DNA from: Pocillopora damicornis
Lineage: Eukaryota
DNA: 64,000 bases
NCBI RefSeq assembly: GCF_003704095.1
Contig: NW_020847349.1
Span: 124,001 to 188,000, forward strand
Reading direction: 5' to 3'
The notes beneath the pieces were generated by a model, which saw nothing but the letters and a program-made list of their open reading frames with translations, had not been told where the DNA came from and ran no database searches. The translations under genes and the position numbers were made by a program. This document shows, one piece after another, positions 13,501 through 27,400 of this stretch (within the stretch, counting starts at the first letter, position 1; every line of letters begins with the position of its first letter).

Positions 13501-16500
13501 TGCCTCTGAACGTTTTTGAAAGAGAACGTGGATATCGATAATTACCGCTGAAAAATATGTTTCGTATAATAAAAATTAAATCTAAAAAACAATGGAAAAT
13601 TAATTCTTTTTAACTAACCCGTTACCAGTCTACGGGAAAAGTTGTGTCATAAACACTAAGAGATAAATAGTGCTTGTTGAGAAAGAGAAATTAAAATATT
13701 TCCAGGAAACGCCACTCTGTTTTAGTTAAACTCAGGTATGTAATGGATGGTTGTGATATATTACCTTTACAACCTTTTCTGTCATCTTGAAGATAAAACC
13801 CCGCAGAACACAAACATTTTTTACCACTGGTTGAGGCTAAGCAGAAGTGACTGCATCCACCATTTTGGTTGATGTACTGATCCGTTACTATAAAATAACA
13901 TACTTAGGTTAGTACAACTTCATTTTGTCTAAATTTTGTACACAAGTTGCCAAGAATTAAAATGGAAACAGAACAAGAATGAATTGCNNNNNNNNNNNNN
14001 NNNNNNNNNNNNNNNNNNNNNNNNNNNNNNNNNNNNNNNNNNNNNNNNNNNNNNNNNNNNNNNNNNNNNNNNNNNNNNNNNNNNNNNNNNNNNNNNNNNN
14101 NNNNNNNNNNNNNNNNNCTGAAAGCAAATATGCAACCGTGAACGGCTGCTTTTTACTGGTTGGATCTCTGGTGTTGCACTAAGAGAGAGTAGAGCGACTA
14201 GCACGAAAGCAACCGTTCTTCTTAATGCACAAACCAAATACATTAATGTACATCAAATATTTGCAGAAAGGCCCATATTACATACAGAACATGTGACCAA
14301 AGGACTTTATTTTAAATGCATGTCACGATAAGTACAGTGTGGACCAAGAAAAACCGTCCAACTTCATAAGCAACTAACATGCAATAGAATAAGTTTCACC
14401 TAGACTTGTGCTCAAATAGTATCTCGTGTTACACCCATAATACAGTTTGTCGCGCATGCAAAATACCATTTTGCGTATCCCGAGATAACCAGATAATAAT
14501 CTCGGCTTGGTTGTGTACCGCAATTAATGAAATACGAGCCTTCGGTTGTACGTTTCACGCACTACTTCTATTCTATAAATATGATAATCGAAGTTGAATT
14601 ATACCTGGAGTAATATTCATGTTCCTGTCATACGCATGAATCAAAGCTGGTCGAGAAGACGTAGATAGGACTTTTGAAGCGTTTCCTCCAGTGTTACGGT
14701 CTGCTCGATATATTCCATCAAGATGTGTGTCAGTCCAAAAGAAATTACTCCCATAGAATGTCAACCCCAATGGAGAAGTAAGAAGCGGTTCCCTATATCT
14801 GGAGATTATGGTTCTCCTTGTGTTAGATGGAAACTCGTACACTTCCAATTTTGCATAATAAGTATCGATCCAGTAGAGCCAATTCCTAGAAACATCCAGA
14901 GTCAGACCGTTAGGATAAAGCAGCCTATAACGAGTAATCACTCTTCTGTTTGTGCCATCCATATCAGCTCGCTCAATCCCCTTGTACCATCCCCAGTCCG
15001 TCCAATACATGTACCTATTGGTGATGAAAAGCAAGGAAAAAAGCAGAAGTAAAATAAAAACAAAAATTGGAAAAAACTTTCGAAACAAAAGAAAAAAAAA
15101 TGAAAAAAAAAAATATTCCTGCTGAAAGTCATTTTGCATCGATGTCGTTTCTTAATGAAATTAAGATACCACTGGTGATATGGCACGCAAAGAAACGATC
15201 ACATCTGACATCATTTGCCACAACTGGCCAATCATTTTGCACATAACCAGATATAACTTTCAATGACAAACAACTCTTCTATCCAATTTTGTCTAACGAA
15301 TTCACGAATTTACTGATTTTTGGCGCACGAAACTAAAAGCTTTACACAAACTGACTGGAATAATCTTTAAAACAATCACATAAAGAATGAGATACGCTTG
15401 TATACCCTCGAGTGACGTCTAAGATAATATCCCTTGGATTTTGCAAATTATCCTTAATGAGTACTCGTCTGTAGAGTCCATCTGTGGATGCTATTTCAAT
15501 AACTTGCTTTGTGCTGTCTGTCCAGTAAATATTCCTACCAAACGGATCTACAGCAAGTCCATATGGGTTGTTGAGCCCAACTCTGACCACGGTCTCCTGA
15601 GATGATCCATTGAGATACGCTCGGGAGATTGTTCCCAGAGTTATGTCTGTCCAGTAGACTTTTTCTTCCAAAAAGTCAAAATCCAGCGCAATGGGTTTTG
15701 ATGCAGGTACTTTGAGGGGAATTCTTCGTGACGTTGTAGCGTTTAAAGCCATTTGTCTCAGGCTTGATCCCTCAGCAAAGAGAAGAAATGTTGTAATCTC
15801 TGAAACTGAGATGAGAAGAATTCTAACGGAAAAGTTATTTTTCAATTTCCAGGTAGTGGAGAACAGGGTCTCGGATTGTAGGTGACATTTAAAGTATTCC
15901 AGACATTGTTCATAGATCACTGAGATATTTAGAGTCTTGGGGACGTTTTGATTTACTTATAATCTCTTTTGGCTGAGTTCTACGCTTTCTTTACAGTCGT
16001 CTTTATGTAGCACTCACCTCTGTCACATTACTATAAGTAGCAGCCTTTTTCCAAGATGGCTCATACTTGTAACATCGATCAGCTTAAATTTGATATCATT
16101 GTTCTTTTTACAAAGCACTGATATGGTCAATCTATTACAAAATCGATTTATTTCGCAAGTAACAGTCAGAAAATCAAGAAATGGTCACCAAAAATAAAAT
16201 TTCAACCCTAAGTGGGCGGCATTCGCTTTTCAGTGAACGGCATTGATAGATCTGACCTTCCCTAATTAAAACGGTATCCTCGCTACTGTTATTTAACCCT
16301 GGTTTCAGTTTAGGCTTCTTAAAGTTTTTATTTGGAAATTCGAATCAGAATCAGCAACTAGTAAACGTATGGCAATAACCATCATTAAAATATCCCCTGG
16401 CAGAAAAAGAAAGTTCTTACCTGCAAGGCAGCGTTTACCATCTTTTGAGAAAGGACTGCCAGCAGGACAGGCGCAAACAGATCCGTTGGGTGTCAAAAGG

Positions 16501-19089
16501 CACAAGTAACTACAGCCTCCGTTGTCTATCTTACAAAGCTGATTTTCTAAAAGGAAGAGAACCTTTTAAGTGAATTTCAAATTTCAAAAAGTTCAATTGC
16601 ATTGTAATTGAAACTGAATTGCAGTTGTGAAATAACAGGATTTCTCATTAGAAATATAGATGTCCGGCTTTGTTCATAACTAATTGCAGGAAGAGAATAT
16701 GGCTTTTGTTACCCCGAAGAGAAACCACGAAAAAACCCAAATTTGCTTCCTTTCCTGAGTATCAATATTAACTGTATTCTTGAGTTTTCACGTAATAATC
16801 ATTAAAAGCATAACATAAACATATTTTCTTTTTTGGTTACCATATCTTTAAGCTTGAGTCAAGAGTCGTAGAATCCTATTCCAAACTTGCCCGTACGAGT
16901 CCTTCATGGTACATCAAGCAAGAGTTTTATCGACAAAAAAGAATTCATGGTCAAGCCAACAGAAGATTACTTGAAACAAGACTATGTTCATGGGAACTGA
17001 AAGGCTTAACTTAACCTTTATTACCTGCTGACACTGGTTGTCTTGATTTATCGAATAGACCGAGACCATAAACACTACCGGAAATCACAGCGCTGAAGTT
17101 TCCTAAATAATCGCCAGTTGTCCAGTTAAGCATCTCGATAGTATCGTCCATCCAGTCGCTCCAGTAAAGCGTGTCGCCATAGAGAATGAAGTCATACGGA
17201 TACGTGGTAACTTGAGATGCCACCATTCGCCTATTTTGCCCTTGCAAGTCAGCTGAATCAACTGTACCAGTCCAGCTATAAACCCAAACGATGCGATCGT
17301 TTGTATAGTCTACGCCAATACTCCGTGGCCAGAACTGAGATGAACCGGTGAGATCGACCAAGACAGTTCGCTCGAAGCCAGCCAGGTTTGCTCGTTCAAT
17401 CTTGGCAGTTTGCCCCGCGTCTGTCCAAAACATCCATCTGAAAGAAAGAAAGAAACGGGGTTTCCCTTTCATCGTTCGTTCTTTTTGCTGGTGCTTCGCC
17501 TTCCCAGCAAAATTCAAATTAAGGAACACCCCATCGCAGGTTACAAATAAGGGCTACAAGGATGGCGCTGTAAATAAAAAGGATTGCTGTTCTTAATTTC
17601 TAATACTAGTACTGTTATAAGTTTAAATAATTCACTGAGAACGTTTCCAGAGATAGCGATGCAAGTATAGTTCCCATGACGGCAAGAGAAAACAATTTCC
17701 CATTATTTTCTCTAGAAAACAGTTAATTCATTTCATTCTCAAGCCCCTCTTTAGAAAACCATGTCAATGCAAAAAGATGCTTTGTCATATTCACATTCTT
17801 TGAAAGACGCAAACTAAGTCGGCTCAATGCGACCATTTTACACTTTTTACCCACCCCTTCTTTGGGTGCACCGCTATTCCAAGCGGATAGCTCGAGGAAT
17901 CGGTGAGGAGCACCTTCCTTTTGGTGCCGTCTAACGAGGCAACTTCAATCCTGCGGTAGGACGTATCTGTCCAGTATAGTAGGCGACTTTCCCATTCTAC
18001 GGTAAGGTCGCCTACATATCCATGGTCTTCTGTAATAATGTCCTTCGTGACACCACTGGACATGTTCGTACGTTTGATGGCACGATGGCTGACGTCGCTC
18101 CAGTATAATGTTCTTTCGCTTACATGGACATCGAGATTGACGGGGAATGTAAGATTGGACAACAAGTTAACCACTCTGGAAGAAGCTAACTCAATGGCGT
18201 CAATTCTGTTCCTAACAGTGTATATGAGACACGGCTCAGTACAATTTTCCAAACCTGCACGTCGATAAAAGCATAAAATAAATATTACTTGTGAAAAAAA
18301 GGACTAAAGAAGAGATGTCTGTTACTGTGGAAATATATCTTGAACATTTGCGACAAAAATCTACTTGAACATGACAGACATAGCCTCCTAAATACTTAAA
18401 GGTTAAAATTCGATTTCGCTCTCGTTAAGGTCACTTCGTTTTCTCTTTCATTAGGATCACTTTGTTTTCTCTTTCATTAAGATCAGTTCAGTTTCTGTTT
18501 TGTGAGAATTGTTTCGTATAAGCTTTCGTAAGAATAAAATTTAGTCTTGTGAACAACTTTAACCCTTTCGTTCAATCTTGGAGTCTTGAAATCTTGATAA
18601 ACTGTTACAACAGAGTAAGTGAACATGTCATTGAAAAAGAAGGCAATGAAGATAAAGGCGGTGCTAAATCAAATGTGATTTTTGTTTGTAAAGTTTTGAG
18701 AAAAAAAACTTGATATTTTGACTGAATCGTAATAAGAAAGGGGGCAACTGATCTCGTTTTCGAATCACAGGCGTATAAAGCCTAAAATAAGGATTTTTCT
18801 CTAAAGCACAACAAGTATGTAAGCCTGATTGGGCATTTTTGGACACCATTCCTGAGGAGAGAATCGAGAAAGTGTAGAGGATACAATTCATAATGAATTA
18901 ATGTGAGCCACCTTGGATAAGCCTTTCTGAAAAGCGACAGAGAATATATAATTTCTGGATCAAAGTCAATATCTGAGCAACTGCGCACCACCCACCCCTC
19001 CCCTATTCACACTCACCTTGACAGATAGACAGCAGGGCAAAAATCACTACTGTTCGTAAACCACGCTCAGCCATCATGTCAGAATACAT
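10520..19089 (-). CDS. LRP-like YWTD-propeller/EGF receptor, copy A', 5' part (signal peptide to propeller 3); cut by gap
   Basis: Minus-strand exons 19089-19017 (MYSDMMAERGLRTVVIFALLSICQG), 18254-17855, 17437-17025, 16546-16421, 15799-15406, 15014-14605, 13887-13765, 12197-11804, 10734-10520. Exon lengths match copy A exactly (73/400/413/126/394/410/123). Confidence 0.9.
12311..13273. mobile_element. About 960-bp intronic insertion unique to copy A', containing a purine-rich satellite
   Basis: Copy A has the empty site GATATTCCTCAAAGGCGG (10214-10231). In A' the two halves are separated by this segment, which includes a ~28-bp direct repeat (12444-12501). Confidence 0.6.
12503..13200 (+). 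repeat. Degenerate 7-mer satellite (GGGGAAT/GAGGAAT/GGGAAAT)n
   Basis: Seen directly. Confidence 0.95.
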
Positions 19090-21442
19090 TCTTCAGGCAC
19101 AACTACCTGAAGTCGCAGCTTATTGGTTCTAAAATACATTAATGATAAATTTTAGGAGACGATTTTGAAATACCTCAGAAACAAGGCTACACTTAAACAA
19201 TAATGTGTTAATTAGCGATGTCAAGATTTCCGTAATGGCGTGCCTGTACAAACATGCACATCGGACATTTTTTTGCATTAAAAATATTTAGATAGAGTTA
19301 CATCTTTCCTTTCAATAATTCATTTGCTCTCATTTTAAAATGACAAAAACGGCACTATCATGACAAAATCAATTCTTCTTCATTATAATGACAAAGTTCC
19401 TCTTCGTACACAGATTCAAGGCTTTCAAACAAGGTATGATGCTCAGGGGAACAAATAACGCCAAACTCTAACCGGAAGACATTAGTGCGAAAATTTTGAT
19501 TAGGATTACCAAAAAAATTTAATAAGTTTCAACATCAGCCGATAAAAAATTTGTTGGTCTACTGCTCTGTTTCTTACACTCAGTCTTAGCCTGTCTTTTA
19601 CTCGAACTCGGAAAGGTAATGACATGCTCCTCATTGATTACCCGCGATGAATACAAACTTGCCAAAATGTCGCAACCGGTGCAAATAGTTCATGGCTTTC
19701 GCCAATTTTCTGCTATTTTTTTAACAATGGGATCGCACCGTACGTCTTGAAAGTAACCAAAATAAATAATTTGCAGTTCACTGCAAAGCATCCTGACCTT
19801 TCGCTCGGTCAATGACGCATATTTATTTTGTTGTGATACATATCCGCAGCAAAAGATTATCCAACAGAAATGTTAACATCGGAAACGCAGATTAACATAA
19901 TCACCTTGCCTGTCCTTGAGTGCACGAAAACTATCACTGTTCGGTTAATTTAATGACAAACTTATATTACGACATATCGACACCGGGTAACTCCTGATGA
20001 AAGTCAAGTACGAAAAATGAAATCATACTTATTTCAATTGTCATTGTTAATTTTCCGAGTGGAAACTTATTTAAAGTGAGTGTTGAATAAAGAAAACAAA
20101 ACTGATTGGTTGATTTAACAAAAACACTTAAAAACATCTTGAATTCTGAGAATTACGAGGTCAAAAATAACGGACGCAATTTCAGAGCCCTGATCTTTGA
20201 AAACCATCTGTACTGCAATTCATTATTCGCGACAGTGCATAGCATATAAAATTCATTTTATCATCAATAAAAAAATAAATCTATACTAATATAATTTGCT
20301 AACGAACAAGTTACTAATTGACTATCCAAAGGCCGGCTTGGTCAGCAGTAAGTTCATTCCAAGGTCATAGAGATACTGAAGTGATAAACACGACCTAGTT
20401 TTGTCTCGGCACGTTCTCTAGAGCATGACAGTTATAACTGGCGTTTAGAATAAGATGAAATCCCAGAAATGTCTGCCATATCGTAATGTTGGGCAAGCAG
20501 AGTCGGAAGGTAGAGGAAGCTTTGCCAATAGGTACAAATTCAGTTAAAAAAAAGAAATTTTTTTGAGAATAGATTTTCGAATAACTACAGCGCCGATGGA
20601 AATGTATACTGACTTACTCTGACGACCTCCTTGCAATTATAAGAAGTCAACTAAAAAACGCATGCCTGTGCATAATCCCACAGAGTAGTATCTCATTCTA
20701 TTCAAAAGTAAAGTGTTTTAGCCACCGGCGTGCTAATGAAATTGCTTTTTGAAAAAGCTTGCAACCTTGATCATTATTTTGATAGATCAAATTAGGAAAA
20801 AAATATCAAAAACAGTTTTCTTACATCTATCCACCCGGCTAAATTTCACCCATCACACCTCATAACCTTGTAGCAAGTGACACAAAACAACGACAATAAA
20901 ATGTCTTACCTTTCGTACTTTTTGTAGAACTGATCACTAGACACCTTTCGCAGAAAGCTGATGTATATAAGAACGCAGCAAACAAGACTCTGCCGGTCTA
21001 ACTAACAGGAAAANNNNNNNNNNNNNNNNNNNNNNNNNNNNNNNNNNNNNNNNNNNNNNNNNNNNNNNNNNNNNNNNNNNNNNNNNNNNNNNNNNNNNNN
21101 NNNNNNNNNNNNNTGGAACGCGCCTCAAAGAATTCATGTCGATGAGGTCACTAGTGTACCTGAGACACTAACTATTTCCACTTTTTGCACGTGAGTGCAT
21201 ATCGAATCTTAATGGCCCAACCATAAGGGTGAATCATGTCTTTAGAACCTAAGCGTACACACATCATAGAAATATTATGCGATGAAGGACCGAATGGCTG
21301 GCTTTAGAACCTTGTGGGCTATCATTAAGGTCCCAAAGAATGGCTCCACGATCCTGAAAACTTATTTTCAAAATCCAGATCGTTTTACCATTAAAACTAG
21401 TGTCTGAATGTAGTAAATTAAACGATGTCTTTCTTTTAACAG

Positions 21443-23390
21443 ATGGAAACTCTTCTTGCCTTGGTGATTGCAGTCATATTTGTTTGTTGTCTCCTAACGG
21501 AAGTACATGCGCATGCCCAGCTCACTTTACCCTTGAAGAAGATGGGAAGACTTGCAAACATGACGGTAATTAAATGCACCACAAACTCCTTAAAGATACA
21601 AGAATCCAAATTTTATTTTTATATCATTTGTATTAAGAGCGTCGTAAAGTTTAAAAAATCAAAATAAACATTTCAATTTCATGCATTTTCATATTTGCAG
21701 CATAGAGGGCCTCGGCCAATGAAGTGTTTTATCTGAAATAGCACGACCTAGAATTCTAGACTGACGCCTGAAATCGATGCAGGGGTGTTATGCCACAGTG
21801 CCTAACATGTTGCAAGGATTGACCAAGCCACTCCCAATAGGATACGTTTTTAGTCCGTGTAAGGATTTAAATGCAAAGGGAAAAAGTAGTTATGTATTTG
21901 AAAAGGGAGATCACATGGTTGACTAAATGGTAAAGCCGGTCCTCCTCAACCCCTTAGCTACTCAAATACAATTTACATTATCAAAAATTAATAAGTAAAT
22001 TTTTTTGGCGTTAAAATTTGAATTTTTCAGCGCTTTTGTAAATCTCTTAATATCAGGTCCCTCTTGAATTAGATAGTTTGCTAAACTGTTCTAAGGTTTA
22101 ATAATTTACGGTTCTTGTTTTTAGCACCTCAGAAGATATTACTTTTCGCTGATGGTCGTCTGAGCCAAATATATACATTATCTCTCGACGAATCGAACAC
22201 AAGCGCCAAATTGGTACCAATGGCACATATCCATCGTATGCGTCGACCTGCGGCACTTGATTTCGACAGTACAGAAGACAGAATATATTGGACGGATACA
22301 AGCTTGAATACAATATCTAGGATGTTTATTAATGGATCGTCTTCAGAGACTGTCATTTCCAGAGGAGTTTATCATCCTTATGGGCTGGCGGTTGATCCAG
22401 TAGGAAGAAATATTTACTGGACTGATCATTATCTGAATAAAATTGAAGTTAGCAGAATGAATGGATCAATACGAAAAACCTTGATTACCCGAGACCTAGA
22501 TAATCCACGAGATATAATCTTGGATATCGACAAAGGGTAAGATTATCTTTAGGTTTGCAGTTTGGCGGGGCGAGGAGGGGGGCGGGAACGCTGGTTATAA
22601 AGAATGAATTTGGTCAAAATTAAGGAAATTTAAATCCCTAAAACTGCTCAGGAACAGCTTTTTGGAAGTGCTTGTGGATCAAAATTTTGTTTTGTCTGAA
22701 TTACCAAATCTTAACTTTGGAAAACCTTAAACAGCATTTACCCACAGTAACTTTTCTAGCTAAAGCGCGACTCGTCGATCACTTGCATTGTGAATTGTCT
22801 CCACCTTTTTCATACTCCTGCCTAACAAAGCTTAATTTTCTTGCACGTTGGTGCAAAAATTTGTCGTTTTTCATTGATTCATAGTATCACCGTCTTCATC
22901 TGTTCTAAGAATGGTTAATGTTGGAATGTGTCATCTCCCAATCAAAGTCTTTTTTTATGTCGAGGGAAATAAGAGTATCTTTTGCATCATTAATAAGATA
23001 TTAGTTTACTTAAGTTGAGGCTTGTTTTCGACTCCGTCGCGAACTTAGTCTCGTAGGTTTCACAACTTGTAATAATCGATTCCCTCTGTTTTAATTAAAT
23101 ACAGTTTGATGTACTGGTCCGACTGGGGTACCAGCCACAAAATTGAGGTCGCTAGCATGGATGGAAATAATAGAAGCACACTGGTTAAAAGAGGGCTTTA
23201 CTGGCCTAATGGGTTGACCTTGGATGGTGCTAATAACAAGCTTTATTGGGTAGACGCATGGTTTCATATGTTGGAATACTACGACTTACAGCGTCATACG
23301 ATTACATCTCTGTTCCGTGACAGATATGTATTATCGAACCCATTTGGTTTGACATTGCTCGAAGATAAAATTTACTGGACCGATTCAAGT
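21443..23390 (+). CDS. LRP-like receptor, middle fragment D (EGF + propeller), parallel copy of 24450-26434
   Basis: Exons 21443-21565 ([30 protein letters not shown]), 22125-22536, 23105-23390 (runs into gap). Introns align with 24123-26434. Confidence 0.85.
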
Positions 23391-24449
23391 NNNNNNNNNN
23401 NNNNNNNNNNNNNNNNNNNNNNNNNNNNNNNNNNNNNNNNNNNNNNNNNNNNNNNNNNNNNNNNNNNNNNNNNNNNNNNNNNNNNNNNNNGTTTAGGTCT
23501 CTTTTTGTTTGTCCACTCAGCAAACTAGAAGAGTCTTTGAAAGATTTATTCCGTCGGAAGGCGTCACTGAAGTTGTCGTTGTGTTACTCTTTTAAGTTCT
23601 TGAGTGACTCCTTCAGGAATTGATGGAAGCTAGTTCCCATACATGCGCTCAAGTGTTATGGGGACGATGTTCTTACAAGTTGCAAAGCAGTCCGTAGGGA
23701 AATTGTCAGTGGATAATTCTATTGCGCATGAGCCAATCGGTATATCTAGGCGCGCTCTCAGAGGAGTACAAAGTGAAGGCTATCCGGTTCGCTAACGTTT
23801 ATCGCACGTAATTTTCTTGTAATTGAAGGTGGTTTCCCCATCATGAGTATATACCAAGCTTTCCTCCTTTTACTCATGTCATCTCTTTCCCGTGTTCTCT
23901 ACATTTACACACGCTCAGCGTGGTTGTGAGATTGAGTTAATAAACTTTAACCTCGCACAGTGGCACTGCCTACTTATAAATGCTCTGAGAATAATCCAGT
24001 TTACTTCACAATCGAAAAGTGCGTGCAAGTTCTTTGATTGTCAGGCCGCAATGTTGAACCCACATAGCTTATATTGTTGTTGCCATATCGGATAGGTATT
24101 GCTAGCTAAAGCCTGCATTCGTTGGAGCGCGCCTCAAATAATTCATGTCGATGAGGTCCCTAGTGTACCTGAGACACTAGCGATTTTTCCTTTTTAAGTG
24201 AGTGCGTACGGAATCATAATGGCCCAACTATATGAGCGAATCACGTCTTTAGAACCTAAGCGTACACACTTCATTGAAATATTATGCGATGAAGGACCGA
24301 ATGGCTGGCTTTAGAATCTTGTAGGCTATCATGAAGGTCCCAAAGAATGGCTCCACGATCCTGAAAACTTCTTTTTAAAATCCAGATCGTTTCACCATCA
24401 AAACTAGTGTCTGAATGTAGTAAATTAAACGATATCTTTCTTCAAACAG

Positions 24450-27400
24450 AAGGAAACTCTTCTTGCCTTGGCGATTGCAGTCATATTTGTTTGTTGTCTC
24501 CTAACGGAAGTGAATGTGCATGCCCAAGTCACTCGATCCTTGGAGAAGATGGGAGGACCTGTAAACCTGACGGTAATTGAATGCACCACAAACCCCTTAG
24601 GGATACAATAATCCACATTTTCTTTTTATGTCATTTTTATCAAAAGCGTCGTAAAGTTTCAAAAATCAAAATAAACATTTCAACTTTCCATTTTAATATT
24701 TGTAGCAAAGGAGGTCTCGTCCAATGAAGGCTTTTATCTTTGATAGGACGACCTAGAGTTCCAGACTGACACCTGAAATAGATGCAGGGGTGTTATGCCA
24801 CAGTGCACAACATTTTGTAGGGATTGACTAAGCTACTCCCATTAGGATTAGCTTTTAATCATTGAAATGATATAAATGCGAATGGAAAGAAGTAGATATG
24901 TATTTGAAAAGGGAGATCACATGGTTGACTAAATAGTAAAGCCGGTCCTCCTCAACCTCTTAGCTTCTCAAATACAATTTACATTAACAAAAATTAATAA
25001 GTAAATTTTTTCTGGTTTTAAAATTTGAATTTTTTCAGCGCTTTTGTAAATCTGTTAATATTCTGTCCCTCTTGAACTAGATGGTTTGCTAAACTATTCT
25101 AAGGTTTAATAATTTACGGTTTTTTTTTTAGTACCTCAAAAGATATTACTTTTCGCCGATGGAAGTCTGAGCCAAATGTATACACTATCTCTGGACAAAT
25201 CGAACACGAGCGCCAAATTGGTACCAATGGCACATTCTATCAGTCGTCCTGCGGCACTTGATTTCGACAGTACAGAAGACAGAATATATTGGACGGACAC
25301 AAGCTTGAATACAATATCTAGGATGTTTATTAATGGATCGTCTCCAGAGACTATCATTTCCAGTGGAGTTTATTATCCTTATGGGCTAGCGGTTGATCCA
25401 GTGGGAGGAAATATTTACTGGACTGATCATTCTCTTAACAAAATTGAAGTTAGCAGAATGGATGGATCAATACGAAAAACCCTGATTTCTCGAGATCTAG
25501 ATAATCCAAGAGATATTATCTTGGATATCGACGAAGGGTAAGATTATCATCAGGTTTGCAGTTTAGCGGGGCGGGGGAGGGGGAAGGGTGGTAATAAAGA
25601 ATGAATTTGGTAAAAATTATCGAAATGTAAATCCCTAACACTGCTCAGGAACAGCTTTTTTGAAGTGCTTGTGGGTCAAAAATTTTGTTTTGTCTTAAAT
25701 AAGAAATCTGAACTTTGGAAACCCTAAACAGCACTTACCCTCTCTAGATTTTCTGGCTAAAGCGCGACTCATCGATCACTTGCATTGTGAATTGTCTCCA
25801 CGCTTTTTATACTCCTGCCCGATATAGCTTGGTTTTCATGCACGTTTCGAATAGGTGCAAAAAATTGCCCTTTTGTTTACTCATAGTATCACTGTAGATG
25901 TTATTTCGAGACGTTTTTTGCTGATTCATCGGTCTTCATCATGGTTTCTAAGAATGTTTAATGTTGGAATGTGTCATCTCCTAATCAAAGCTTGTTTTTA
26001 TGTCGAGGGAAATAAGAGTATCTTACTATTAATGATTATAAAACAAGTTTACTAAAGTTGAAGCGTGTTGTCGACTCCGTGGCGAACTTAGTCTCGTCGG
26101 TTTCACAACTTGTAATAATCGATTCCCTCTTTTGTAATTAAATACAGTTTTATGTACTGGTCCGACTGGGGTACCAGCCACAAAATTGAGGTCGCTGGCA
26201 TGGATGGAAACAACAGAAGCACACTGGTTAAAAGAGGGCTTTACTGGCCTAATGGGCTGACCTTAGATGGTGTAAATAACAGGCTTTATTGGGTGGACGC
26301 ATGGTTCCATATGTTGGAATACTACGACTTACAGCGTCATACGATTACAACTCTGTTACGTGATAGATATGTATTATTGAACCCATTTGGTTTGACATTG
26401 CTCGAAGATAAAATATACTGGACCGATTCAAGTTCGGGTGTTGTTTATCAGTCGCCAAAAGACTCTCCGTCAAATGCAACCGTTCTCGTCAGCGGTTTGT
26501 CACAACCATTGGATATACATGCCTATGACAGGAATCAGACTTTTCCAGGTATCAATCAGTCTTGACCATTTCTCAATTTCTCTATCTCTCTTACACATCT
26601 GCTCTTTTCAATACATATTAATGATATGAAACGATCTCCAGCAATTACGCTATTTAACATGCATGTAATGATACAACCTCTAGCTATTTCTTTCTTTGTC
26701 AACTCCAGATCAGTCGCACCGGGAGACTACCGCTTGACCTTTCGTTCCTTAATAATGCAACAAAATATATTCTCCGCATAAGTTTTTGCTAGGTGTGCCC
26801 AATTTTCACGATTATTTGCTATAAATGTTGAATCGACAAATATTTCTTTTAACTCTACTTTTAGACCATCCCTGTTCCATGTCTTCTGGTGGATGTTCTC
26901 ATCTCTGCCTTCTGAGACCGAAGGGATTCAAATGCGCATGCCCCGATAGTCTCGAACTGTCGAAAGATGAGAAAACCTGTGTCCCACAGACATACAGTAA
27001 GACACGTACAACATTGTATCGTACTAGTCATATTCTTGACTATTTAAACTCTTATAATGTAAATAAATAGCTTTACTATGAGAAGAAGATTTTCATCAAT
27101 TTTTTCCCCGACTCTGGCTCCATTCTCATTATTTTCGTTCAAACTCATCTTATGAAGGTATTCTTGACATCAATTCTTGTATTTTCGTCAGAGTTGCCGC
27201 AATAATAAACTCTTGCGTTTCAATTTCAATTTCGTATCAGTTGCTGCAGTGAATCTAAATGATGATTTTGCCTGTATTCAGCTCGCTGAGCTCACAGCAT
27301 TGTTCGTTCAGGTTTTCAGAAATTCTTACTGTTTGCTGATGCCTGGAATGCCGAAATTTACATTCTCGATTTGGATGAATCCAATTTTTTGGCCAAAGCT

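Noticed and set aside
21443-21667. [21 protein letters not shown] that looks like a secreted peptide
   Set aside because: Alternate frame of the EGF exon 21443-21565; the ATG is AAG in the parallel copy (24450)
21114-26434. D and the 5' part of B as consecutive modules of one gene
   Set aside because: Their introns align and divergence looks like the other copy pairs, and they are separated by a 100-N join. Parallel copies are more parsimonious, though not proven.
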